Source: Eledone cirrhosa
Lineage: Eukaryota
Length of the DNA stretch: 64,000 bases
Assembly: GCA_964016885.1 (NCBI GenBank)
Contig: OZ024742.1
Location: 261,702,001 to 261,766,000 of the forward strand
Direction of reading: 5' to 3'
Part shown: positions 38,450-50,024 of the stretch, in pieces
Layout: every line of letters begins with the position of its first letter
Numbering within the stretch: position 1 is the stretch's first letter
The notes under the pieces: model-generated
What the model saw: only the letters and a program-made list of their open reading frames with translations
Told to the model about the DNA's origin: nothing
Database searches by the model: none
Translations under genes and position numbers: made by a program

Positions 38450-40347
38450 TCATCATCATTTTACATACACTTTTCCCTGCTTGCAAGGTTAGGACAGGTT
38501 CTATTCAGCACAGCATCTCTCCACTTGTCATGTTCCTTCGTCATCTCCACCGTGAGCTTCAGCGATCTGAGGTTTGCTCTCACCACCTCCTCTTAAACAC
38601 AGTTTCTCTCTCAACACATCCATGCTCGGTCGTTCATGTACACTGACATTGCACATCCAACAGAGCATTCTTGCCTCATTTCTCTCCAGCCGTCGCATAT
38701 CCTCTGCAGTTGCTGCCCATGGCTCACTACCATGCAGCATCGTGCACCTGACACAGGCATCATATAACCAGCCTTTCGTACGCAGGGAGAAACCCTTCTT
38801 CATCAGCAGAGGAAGCAGCTCCCTAAACATCTCCCAACCCGTCCTTCTTCTAGATACTATGGCCTCAGAACACCCCCCTCCAATGCTAATATGATCACCT
38901 AGGTACCGGAAGCTATCAACCACTTCTATAGAACCTACCTGCATTTGAAAAATATGTCTACCAATGTGACTTCTACTGTCAAATTTCCCTGTACATCTAC
39001 TGCGTGCGTATTTTTCCCTACCTGTTAGGTTGCCTGCTATCCCATTACATCTCTTGTGTACCCAAGATCTGCATTGTGTACATTTTATAGAATTTATGCC
39101 AGTTCCTTTTCTGCATATCAAACATGGCCATTTCCCTGACGGAATCAGAGTTTTGCCCTCTTTTCTACTCAACACTTTTGTCTTAGCTAGGTTCACTCTC
39201 ATTCCTCTTGCTTCCAACTGCTGTTTCCATAGCCAGAATTTATTCTCTAGCTCCTCTACTGTTTCTGCTATAAGAACCACATCGTCAGCATAGAGAAGTT
39301 CCCATGGGTAGCCCGTCTTAAACTCCTCTGTTATGGCTTGCAGGACTATAATAAACAAGAGCAGGCTGAGGACCGAACCTTGATGTACTCCTACTTGTAT
39401 CTGGAATTCCTCACTAAACTCCATTCCTACCCTGATTTTACTGACAGCACCTCTGTACAAAGCTTGCACTGTCCTCACAAGCCATTCCTCAACACCTAGT
39501 TTCCTTAGGGACCACCAGATGACAGATCGGGGTACCCTCAAAGGCCTTCTCTAGGTCAACAAAAGCTAAGTACAGTGACTTATTCTTCTCTTGTACTCGT
39601 CTCACTAAGAGGGCATCTGTTGTACTTTTCCCAGGCACAAAACCAAACTGCATCTCATAGTTGGACCCTTTTTCTAATTAGTTGCGCTAATATCCTTTCT
39701 GCCACTTTCTTAACCTGATCCATCAGTTTTATGCCCCTATAATTGCTCCTCTCCAGAGCATCCCCTTTACCTTTGTAGCAATTTATGAGAATACTGCTGC
39801 ACCAGTCTTTGGGTATGACACTGCCATATATAGCCTGATTGATGATGCGTGCAACCAGTTTAGTGCCTACGTCCCCTGATGCCTTCAGCATCTCAGCAAC
39901 TATCCCCGACGGTCCAGCGGCCTTACCATTCTTCATTTCCTTAATCGCCTCTTGGACCCTATATTCGTCTATCTTAATAGCTGGTCCCTCTGTCCGATCT
40001 GCTGGGGGTAATTTCTCTCTCTCCCATTCGTTCTCCACATTCATCAGTCCCTCATAATGACATTTCCAGGCCTCCTTTTTCTGATCATTCGTGACACTGA
40101 GTACACCGGCATCATTTCGGACACACATCTCCAACAACATCCTGATTTGCACTGACACACTGCCTTGCAATGTGGAACACCGCACGTCTCTGTTCTTCCC
40201 GTCGCAGAACAATGGCAAACCTCCTACTCTCAGGGGGTTCTTGCACATGGCCACACCGGCCACCCCACTACCATGCGCAGCCCTAACATGATTAGTGTTA
40301 TTGCTGTTGACGCAGTTGTTGTTGTGTGATTACTCGATGACGGTCGG
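38450..40347 (-). mobile_element. RTE LINE with the endonuclease domain deleted and a rearranged 5' end
   Basis: RT motifs (GVHQGSVLS, LLYADD), PHD finger, (cat)n tail at 38450. A 5' segment homologous to 44888-44965 is joined directly to sequence homologous to about 46120. Confidence 0.88.
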
Positions 40348-41096
40348 GGATGATCAACAATGTATTTGCTTCCAGCGAACCCTACAAGTCACTCCAGACA
40401 TGATTCATCAGCTGGGGTTAGAGAAAGATCTTGAGGGTCACCAGGGCTGTGTGAATTGTTTAGAATGGAATGATAAAGGAACGTTATTGGCAAGTGGATC
40501 TGATGATGTTCAAATTATTGTGTGGAATCCTTTCTGTCATAAGTGCTTAACCACAATCAGAACAGGACATTAAGGAAATATATTTTCTTTGAAGTTTCTT
40601 CCCAACTCTAATGATTTAATAATTGTGAGTGGAGCCACTGACTGTAAGATCCTAGTCCATGATGTAAGCATATAGGAAACCACACATGTATTTGGCTGTC
40701 ATGCAGGTCGTGTGAAGTGGCTAGCTACTGCTCCAAATGTTCCGTTTATGTTTTGGAGTGCTGCGGAAGATGGCACAATCATGCAATTTGATCTGCGAAC
40801 TCCAATTATCTGTGATAGCACACCCCAGAATGTTTTAATCAATCTTAATGCACATATGGGACTTCATGCTGAAGCAAAGTGCATTGCTATCAATCCTTTA
40901 CGGCCAGATGAGATGGCAGTTGGAGCTAATGATCCTTATGTTCAAGTGTACGACAGAAGAATGTTGTCATGCAAAAGTATCAAATTTCCTACTGATAATG
41001 GATCACGGTTTCAATGGGATAGCCCTGTTACTTCACCCAGCTTAAGGGAAGAGGACTACAACTTACATTCGAGCTGTCTACAATACTTTGTTGCAG
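40348..41096 (+). pseudogene. WDTC1: WDTC1 (adipose/DCAF9) N-terminal WD40 fragment, intron-free, two nonsense codons
   Basis: LGLEKDLEGHQGCVNCLEWNDKGTLLASGSDD...TGH*GNIFSLKFLP...FWSAAEDGTIMQFDLR...EAKCIAINP...QYFVAG. Single frame with TAA at 40571 and TAG at 40673. Homology ends at GCAG|GTAGAA. Confidence 0.85.
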
Positions 41097-41419
41097 GTAG
41101 AAATCTGTTTGTTTTAATTGTTCTTCTAGGTCATTTGAGGACACTCTGTCTCTGATGCAGTCTACGTACAGTGCGGAGTTCCCTATGCTCCAAGGCTGTG
41201 TTAAGTTCTACATAGCAGGTAATACAACTACAATTCATGCCTGCAATTGTCTAATGGTATTACTTCAACTCATTGCACAACTCTCATCCTATATCTACTA
41301 TCTTCAGATTTTTAATTGGTTTAAGAAGTATATTATTTTCATTTCAAACTTACAATTTTTAGAATTGCAATCGCAATGATATGAGTTTTATAATTAAGTT
41401 CTTTACTAGTACTCCTGTA

Positions 41420-42542
41420 AATAATTATATATTATTTATATTTGGGCACCATCTCTTTGAAATAGCCTCTTTTGGAATGTACATAGTAATCCCACAGCAT
41501 CTTCCATGCCTCAAAAACACACTAGTCTTTTTCTGAAGGCTGTTCAATATTGCCAACAGTTCCATTTGAATTTCATTTATGGTCTCACAGTGGCTTCCTT
41601 TCAGCTTCAATTTCATTTTGGAAAGCACAACAAAGTCACAGGTGAGTAAGGAGGGTGTTGAATGACTGCCATTTGTTCTTCGTCAAAAACTGCATTGTCT
41701 TGAAGAGGTGCAACATCTGTCAAGGGCCTCAGAACATTGAAGTAAAAATTGGAATTTACCATCCTGCTGGGAAGAACAAATTCTAAGTGAGCATACTTTC
41801 CATTGCACTCCAGACCAGCCTCATTTTCTTTGTTCTTAGTGACTGCAATGACTGATGTTTTGTCCCAGGATCATAGCCATAAACCTAACTCATCACCCAT
41901 GATGATTCTAGTGATGAAACTTGGCTCATTATTTATCTTTCTTAATAAGCTAAAAGCACACATCAAGATGCCACTGCTTTGGATTGAATGTTAAGAACTG
42001 GGACCACAAATTTTACAGGGATACAATGCATGTTCAGGTTTTCCCTGAAAATCTTCTAGTAGACTCCATAATTGATTTCAATCTTGTGAGAGAGCTGATG
42101 AATTATTTGGCAACAATCCTCATAGATGAGTTCATGAATTTTTTCCCCCAATTTCCAGCATTTTAGTTGTGATTGGTTGCCCTGAACGCTCATCTTTTTA
42201 AACTGCCATTTAACCAACCTTTAAATGCATGTGCCTCCCAAACATCTGTGTTGATTATAAAGAATGTTTACCAAAAGACCGGCAACATATTTCAAGGGTC
42301 TTGGTAGCAAATGTACTGGGCTTAATGCAACATTTTTTGTCAGCCATTGTAAAAATTGCAGTTGTTCTAATACAACATTACAAAACTTTGGTTAATAATT
42401 GAACATGGGTTGATAGCATGAAGCTGATCTGTTGACTGACTCAGTAGGCTGATTACTAATGATCGTCTGCTGCACACATATTTCTACTGAACAGTATAAT
42501 CACAGCATGCGCAGTCTGGAAACTTTCTCATAACACCTCATA
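41420..42542 (-). mobile_element. Decayed mariner-like transposon
   Basis: KMKLKLKG...ETINEIQ C-terminal remnant and a terminus actttctcataacacctcata. Confidence 0.5.
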
Positions 42543-42775
42543 CTAGTTATAAATATGTGCTTTGATTCAAATAGATAAATAGAATACATAAATAGAACAG
42601 TTATATCACTTTTGAACATAGCATTGAGAAATAATTCTTTTTAACCATATCAGGTAGTTCATGTTTATAATCAGATGTAAAATATCTTGTAACAGATTTT
42701 AGACCAGTAATTTTTCACTTGTAATTTCACATCAAAAACAAAAATAACTATGATTTTGAAATAATTTACAGCTCT

Positions 42776-43022
42776 TTAACCCTTTTGATACCAAACTACC
42801 TGAACATGCTCCCAGTTCTACAATACAAAACTGTTCATTTTAAAGTATTTATATGCATCTATAAACCTTCCGTCGTAATTTTATATAAGAACATTTGTTA
42901 AGTTCTGTTCCAAACAAAGTTAGTTATATTATTAACCCCTTCTGAATTCTTGATTATTTTCAAAATTATCTAAAAATCATAGACAATATTTTTCATTAGA
43001 AATAAAGTAATGAAAGGGTTAA
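42776..43022. mobile_element. TTAA-flanked MITE (family of 4651-4909)
   Basis: ttaa-cccttttgatacc ... gtaatgaaaggg-ttaa. Confidence 0.75.
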
Positions 43023-44366
43023 GAGTTGTAATATATAAACTACTTTTGAATTTAAATCCTATTACAAATTCCATTTCACCTTTAAACCAATTAAATGTCT
43101 CTATGTTGTTGAAATATAATTAATGTCTATCCACCTGAATATTATTAGCTTATTTGCTAAATTATTTAAATTCCTCGTGGCTGTAATAATACACCACTTA
43201 TTCTGCCTCTGCAATTACATTTTCACCCTATCTCTGCTTCCATCATTACATATCTACTTCAATAAGTTATCTATACCTCTTTCTAATAAATATCAGCTGT
43301 TATCATAAATACAATATCTCATTTTTTTTTTCATTTATTCATATAACTTTTAACATCCTGTATTGATTTTGCGGAATGTTTGTAGTATCTTTACTATTTG
43401 ATTGATCTTTGTGAAAATGTGCAGTGTTAGAGTAAATACTTTAATATTTAATGTGATGCAGTCATAGTGCTGTTTTGTACTTTTCAAGAATGTCTTGCTA
43501 ATGTGACTTCATGCAGTACAGGATGTTAAAAGTTAAATAATTTATCCACACATCTCTCTCTCTTTAATAAATTTCAGCTGTTATTATAAATATCATATCT
43601 CATATTTTATCATTTATTCATGTCATACTGGTGCCACAATAAAAAGCACCCAGTCCACCCTGCAAAGTAGTAATGCCGGTGCTACATAAAACACAGCTAT
43701 AAAGTGGTTGGCATTAGGAAGGACATCCAACTGTTTTTGCCTTATAACATCACAGCCTGTCTAACTCACGCAAGCATGGAAAATGGACATTAAACTGTAA
43801 TGATAATGGTTATGTGTGGGGCTAATCCTCATCAGTACACTGTATCACTTAAGATGTGATAACTTAGTAAAAGAATCCTGACAGTCAACAGAGCTAAGTG
43901 ACTGTAAAATTGTTGGTAAAGCAGCTGTCATACTGTAGAGGTTGACAGTCCAGTCAAATCAGATGGACTTAAACTAATTTGATAGGGAAATGAATGCAAG
44001 CTCAGTGTGATGTAAATGATAACTTGATTCTTTATATGTATGTATGAATTCCTAACTCCTGATGGAGTTGTATAGGAACTGTAGTGACAAAATATGGAAT
44101 GTACAATCAAGATGTCTCCCAGATACATTTTGGAACATGACAATCTGTCCAACCAATGCTGTGGACTTAAATGATAATGATTATGATATATTTGAAAAAT
44201 AGAGATTGTATTTATAGATGGTGATTTGACTTAGAGGTTTTGTGGTGTAATAAGAGTGGAATTTTTCAGCGTTTTGTTTTTATTTTAATGTGTTTGTGTG
44301 TGTTAACTTACACAATGTATTTTTAATATATACATATATATATATATATATATATGTCCGACGCTG

Positions 44367-47300
44367 TATATCATAGAACAGACAAGGGGCGTACGGAGGC
44401 TCTGTAAGCCGCAATGTAGGCAGCTCGTCTAGGAGAGCTACCACTCCGAATAGAGTGCGGAGTAGAGAAGTCCCCTAAGTCCAGTAAGACAACTTCCCTA
44501 GTGCTGATGGCACAAATAAAAACATCCAGTCCATGCTGTAAAATGGAGGAGTAGATAGGGCCCCTGAGTCAGGTTAGACGACCTCTCTAGTGCTGGTAGC
44601 ACGAATAAAAGCACCGAGTCCATGCTGTAAAATGGAGGGGTAGATAGGGCCCCTGAGTCCAGTAAGACGACCTCTCTAGTGCTGGTGGCATGAATAAAAG
44701 CACCCAGTCCGTGCTGTAAAATGGAGGAGTGGTTAGGGCCCCTGAGTCCAGTAAGACAACCTCTCTAATGCTGGTGGTACGAATAAAAGCACCCAGTCCA
44801 TGCTGTAAAATGGTGCTGGTGTTAGGAAGGGCATCCAACCAGTATAATAAAAAGCCAAAATTATGAGCACAACAAATAAGAATTGCAACAACTGCGTCAA
44901 CAGCAATAACACTAACCATGTTAGGGCTGCGCATGGTAGTGGGGTGGCCATGTGTGAGAACCCCACGACCGTCATCGAGCAATCGCACAACAGGAAAAAG
45001 AACGGGATGTCGCATCTCAGAGTTGCCACACTAACAGGTAGATCTGGTGAGATAGCGGAAATGCTGGAGAGAAGGCATGTGGATGTGTGCTGTGTGCAAG
45101 AGGTGCGATGGAGAGGTGCCTCTGCAAGACTAATCGCAGGCAAACATCTTAGTTATAAGCTTTTCTGGGTGGATAATGATGATGGGTTAGGTGGGGTAGG
45201 CATATTACTGGCTGAGAGATGGATCAATAAGACGATAGAGGTAGTTAGAGTTGGTAATAGAATAATTAAGCTTAGATTAGTTGTAGGCAAGAGACTGCTG
45301 ACAATCATCTCTGCCTATGCTCCCCAGGCAGGCCTAGGTAAAGAAGAGAAAGACAGCTTTTACGAGCAACTTTTACAGACAGCCTCAATGACAGAGGACG
45401 GAGACATCGTTATGCTAGCAGGGGACTTCAATGGACATGTTGGACAGCTCCAGGATGGATACACTGGGGTACATGGTGGGCACGGTTACGCCTCAAGAAA
45501 TGAAGAAGGAGTGAGGCTTCTTGAATTTTGTGATCCAAATGCACTAACCATTTGCAACACTAATTTCCAGAAGCCTTCCAACCACCTAATAACCTACAAA
45601 TCAGGCGAGCACATAAGCCAGATTGACTTCCTGCTAGTTAGACAGCGAGACAGACAGATGGTGTCAAATACTAAGGCTTACCCTGGGGAAGAATGTACCC
45701 CACAGCATAGGTTAGTCGTTAGTAACATCTCAGTAAGCAAGAGAAAGAATGAGACATACAGTAAGGTGTGGAAAAGAAAGGTCTGGAAGCTAAAAGACAT
45801 TTCATTAAAATATAAATTTAGCAAAGCCCTTCAAGATGCTTACAACGAAAAAGAAGACGATTTAGAGTTGTATGACATAGATGATAACTGGAATTTCTTG
45901 TGTGACAACTTACTGCAGGCTACTGAAGAAACTTGTGGTTGGAGCAGAGCTTCCACCAGACAGAGAGTGACCTGGTAGTGGAACAGCACGGTAGATAGGG
46001 CCATTAGAGACAAAAGACTGGCATGGAAAGCTTGGAAAAGTGGTGGGAGTAGAGATGGATACACAGCCGCTAAGAGAGAAGCTAGACGTCAGGTGTACTT
46101 AGCACGCAGGGAGGCTGAGAGTAGGAGGTTTGCCAATGTTCTGCGACGGGCAGATCAGAGATGTGCGGTGTTCCGCATTGCAAGGCAGTGTGTCAGTGCA
46201 AATCAGGATGTTGTTGGAAATAAGTGTGTCCGGAATGATGCCGGTGTACTTAGTGTCATGAATGATCAAAAGAAGAAGGCCTGGAAATGTCATTATGAGA
46301 GACTGATGAATGTAGAGAACGAATGGGACAGAGAGGAATTACCCCCAGTAGACTCGACAGAGGGACCAGCTATTGAGATTGATGAATATAGGGTACAAGA
46401 GGTAATTAAGGAAATGAAGAATGGTAAGGCTGCTGGGCTGTCGGAGATAGTTGCTGAGATGCTGAAGGCTTCAGGAGAAGTAGGCACTAAACTAGTTGCA
46501 CGCATCATTAATCAAGCTATATATGGTGGTGTCATACCCAAAGACTGGTACAGCAGTATTCTCATAAATTTTTACAAAGGTAAAGGGGATGCTCTAGAGA
46601 GGAGCAATTATAGGGGCATAAAGCTGATGGATCAGGTTATGAAAGTGGCAGAGAGAATATTAGCGTAACTGATTAGAGAAAGAGTCAATTTAGATGAGAT
46701 GCAGTTTGGTTTTGTGCCTGGGAAAAGTACAACAGATTCCCTCTTCATAGTGAGGCAACTACAAGAGAGGTTCTTAGAGAAGAAGAAGCCACTATACTTA
46801 GATTTTGTTGACCTAGAGAAGGCCTTTGATAGGGTACTCCGATCTATCATCTAGTGGTCCCTAAGGAAACTAGGGATAGAGGAATGGCTTGTGAGGATAG
46901 TGCAAGCTTTGTACAGGGGTGCTGTCAGTAAAGTGAGAATAGGAATGGAGTTTAGTGAGGAATTCCAGATACAAGTAGGTGTACATCAAGGTTCTGTCCT
47001 CAGCCCGCTCTTGTTCATTATAGTCCTCCAAGCCATAACGGAGGAGTTTAAGACTGGATGCCCATGGGAACTTCTTTATGCTGATGATCTGGTTCTTATA
47101 GCAGAATCAGTAAAGGAGCTAGAATATAAATTCTGGCTATGGAAACAGCAGTTGGAATCAAGAGGCCTGAGAGTGAACATAGCTAAAACAAAGGCGTTGA
47201 TAAGTAGAAGAGAGGACAATACTCTGATTCCGTCAGGGAAATGGCCATGTTCGATATGTAGGAAAGGAACTGGCATAAATTCCATAAAATGTACGCAATG

Positions 47301-48066
47301 CAGATCTTGGGTACACAAGAGATGTAGCGGGATAGTAGGCAAACTAACAGGTAGGGAAAACTATGTATGCAGTAGATGTACAGGGAAATTTGGCAGTAGT
47401 AATCGATGTGATAGACTCATTTTTCCAATGCAGGTGGGTTCTATAGAAGTGGTTGATAGCTTCCGGTACCTAGGTGATCAGATTAGCATGGGAGTGAGGT
47501 GTTCCGAGGCCATAGTATCTAGAATAAGGAAGGGTTGGAAGAAGTTTAGGGAGCTGCTCCCTCTGTTGACAAAGAAGGGTTTCTCCCTGCGTACGAAAGG
47601 ACGGTTATATGATGCCTGTGTGAAATGTGCGATGTTGCATGGCAGTGAGCCATGGGCAGCAACTGCAGAGGATATGCGACGGCTGGAGAGAAATTAAGCA
47701 AGTATGCTCCGTTGGATGTGCAATGTCAATGTGCAAGAACGGCCAAGCATAGACGAGTTGAGAAAGAAACTGGGTATAAGAGGGATAAGTTGTGGTGTGC
47801 AGGAGAGAAGGCTGAGATGGTATGGACATGTGATGCGCATGGAGGATGATCGATGGGTGAAGAAGTGCCAGGAAGTCCCAGTGGAGAGAAGACGCAGTAG
47901 AGGTAGACCACGAAAAACATGGGCAGAGGTGGTGAGAGCAGACCTCAGATCGCTGAAACTCACGGAGTAGATGACGAAGGACTGTGATGGGTGGAGAGAT
48001 GCTGTGCTGAATAGGACCCGTCCAACACTTGCAAGCAGTGAAAAGCAGACGTAAAATGATGATGAT
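44367..48066 (+). mobile_element. Full-length RTE LINE (APE - RT - PHD finger), inactivated by nonsense mutations
   Basis: ORF pieces starting at 44863, 46093, 46891 and 47704 share one frame. Motifs CCVQE, SAYAP, GDFNGHVG, SQIDF, QHRLV, DLEKAFD, YADD, RRLRWYGH. 5' UTR has 89-bp monomers and the 3' end has a (gat)n tail. Confidence 0.93.
44470..44812 (+). repeat. 89-bp tandem monomers in the RTE 5' UTR (about 4 copies)
   Basis: ctgagtccagtaagac.acctctctagtgctgg recurs at about 44475, 44564, 44653 and 44742. Confidence 0.9.
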
Positions 48067-48069
48067 CAT

Positions 48070-48553
48070 GGTGACCGCACCAGCCACCCCACTAATGTGC
48101 GCAGCTCTAACAAGGTTGGTGTTATTGCTGTTTACGCAGTTGTTGCAATTCTCATTTGTTGTGCTCATAGTGTTTGGCAGTAGTATATATACTGGTTGGA
48201 TGCCCTTTCTAACACCAGCACCACTTTACAGCATGGACTGGGTGCTTTTATTCGTGCCACCAGCACTAGAGAGGTTGTCTTACTGGACTCAGGGGCCCTC
48301 TCTACCCCTCCATTTTACAGCATGGACTAGGTGCTTTTATTCGTGCCACCAGCACTGGAGAGGTCGTCTTACTGAACTCAGGGGCCCTATCCACCCCTCC
48401 ATTTTTACAGCATGGACTGGGTGCTTTTATTCGTGCCGCCAGCACTAGGGAAGTTGTCTTACTGGACTTAGGGGACTTCTCTACCCCGCACCAATTTATT
48501 CAGAGTGGTAGCTCTCCTAGACGGCTTGCCTACATTGTCTGTTCTATGATATA
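48070..48553 (-). repeat. Inverted copy of the RTE 5' UTR attached to the RTE tail
   Basis: Diverged reverse complement of about 44367-44950, including the outermost tatcatagaacagacaa motif. Confidence 0.9.
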
Positions 48554-48959
48554 TTCACGAGGGAGTGGTTGCATACAGCGTCAAGCATGTATACCGAATG
48601 TGGTGGTGGTGGTGGGGCGGGCGGGTGAGAACTACAATGGCTTATACATACAAATTTATATGCAAACACTTTCAATGGCGTATACAAACAAATTTTATAT
48701 ACAAACACATACAAATCACATATATATATATATACAAATCTCATACATATATACATATACAAATCTCATACATATATACATATACAAATCTCATCATATA
48801 TACATATACAAATCTCATACATATATATATATGTATATATATATATACAACTGAAAATTTTGGAGACATAAATATAAACACTTATCTTGTACAATGGCTT
48901 ATACATATAAATTTTATATGCAAGCACATTCAACAGTTTATATCACATACAAATCTCAT

Positions 48960-48992
<33 letters not shown>

Positions 48993-49827
48993 CAGGGTGA
49001 GGACGATATTTGTTCGCAATTTTCAACTGCTAATTTTATGCAAATTTTTTTTACTTCCGTTGTCACTCTTGTCTTCATAAAAACAGTGACTATATTTCCA
49101 TTATTTATTTTCAGAATAATTGATTATGAATAATTTTGAATCTCCAAATTTGTGGAAGAGACACAGAGTTCTTCTTGGAATCCGCGCCGGGAGGACAAAT
49201 AAAGAAATTTCAGACTTTCTCAGCATCAGTAGGAGAATGGTGTCTTATCCAAAGACGTGCCCAGAGTCATGCAGACAAAGTTTCCAGCGACAACATTGGT
49301 CTTAGGTGTCGTCAGCAGTCAAGGTGACGTCATGCCACCTCACTTCTTCCCTGAGGGCCTCAAGCTGAACACCGATGGCTACATCCGTGTTCTGAGCGAG
49401 GTAGTAAAGCCCTGGATCAACCAGGTAGCTTCAGGTAGGCCGTAAGTGTGGCAGCAAGACTCAGCGCCCTGCCATACCAGCCGAAAGACCCAAGCCTGGC
49501 TGTCAGAGAACTTCGTCAACCACACTTCACATGACATCTGGCCTCCCAGCTCGCCTGACTGCAACCTCCTCGACTTCTTTGTGTGGGGCGCAGTGGAATG
49601 AGACACCAACAGATCTAGCTGCAATACGAAAGACAATCTGAAGGCCAGGATCACAAGTGCCTTTAGGAGCCTAAGTCGGAGGACAGTGACGAAGGCCTGT
49701 AGCCGGTTCCGAGGCCGCCTTGAGGACGTCATCAAAGCCAATGGCGGGTTTATCGAGTGAGATCGAAAGAACAAGTCATGAAGACAAATAGACAATAATC
49801 TTGCGAACAAATATCGTCCGCACCCTG
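48993..49827 (+). mobile_element. maT (DD37D) transposon, internally deleted copy
   Basis: Same TIRs and highly similar body to 34644-35843, opposite orientation, TA flanks. Confidence 0.9.
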
Positions 49828-49907
49828 TATATGTATATATATATATACAACCGAAAAATTTTGGAGACATAAATATAAACACTTATTTTATACGAAGTTT
49901 TCATAAC

Positions 49908-49968
<61 letters not shown>

Positions 49969-50024
49969 CTTTGATCTTAACTTAAAGTCTGTCTGAGAAG
50001 CATGTGTATATATATATATATATC

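Noticed and set aside
40295-41155. Functional nested WD40 gene
   Set aside because: Two in-frame stops, an N-terminus derived from antisense RTE sequence, and no downstream WDTC1 exons recognised in the window.
43815-43845. Minus-strand CTGATGA followed by a short hairpin
   Set aside because: No GAAA or stem III, so it is not supportable as a hammerhead.
44470-44812. CRISPR-like periodicity (also 13745-14000 and 5856-8393)
   Set aside because: Whole units repeat with no unique spacers, the context is eukaryotic, and no cas genes are present.
44863-47970. Stop-codon readthrough of the single-frame RTE ORF
   Set aside because: The stops fall at positions that are Trp, Gln or Glu in sister copies and are of mixed type, consistent with ordinary nonsense decay.
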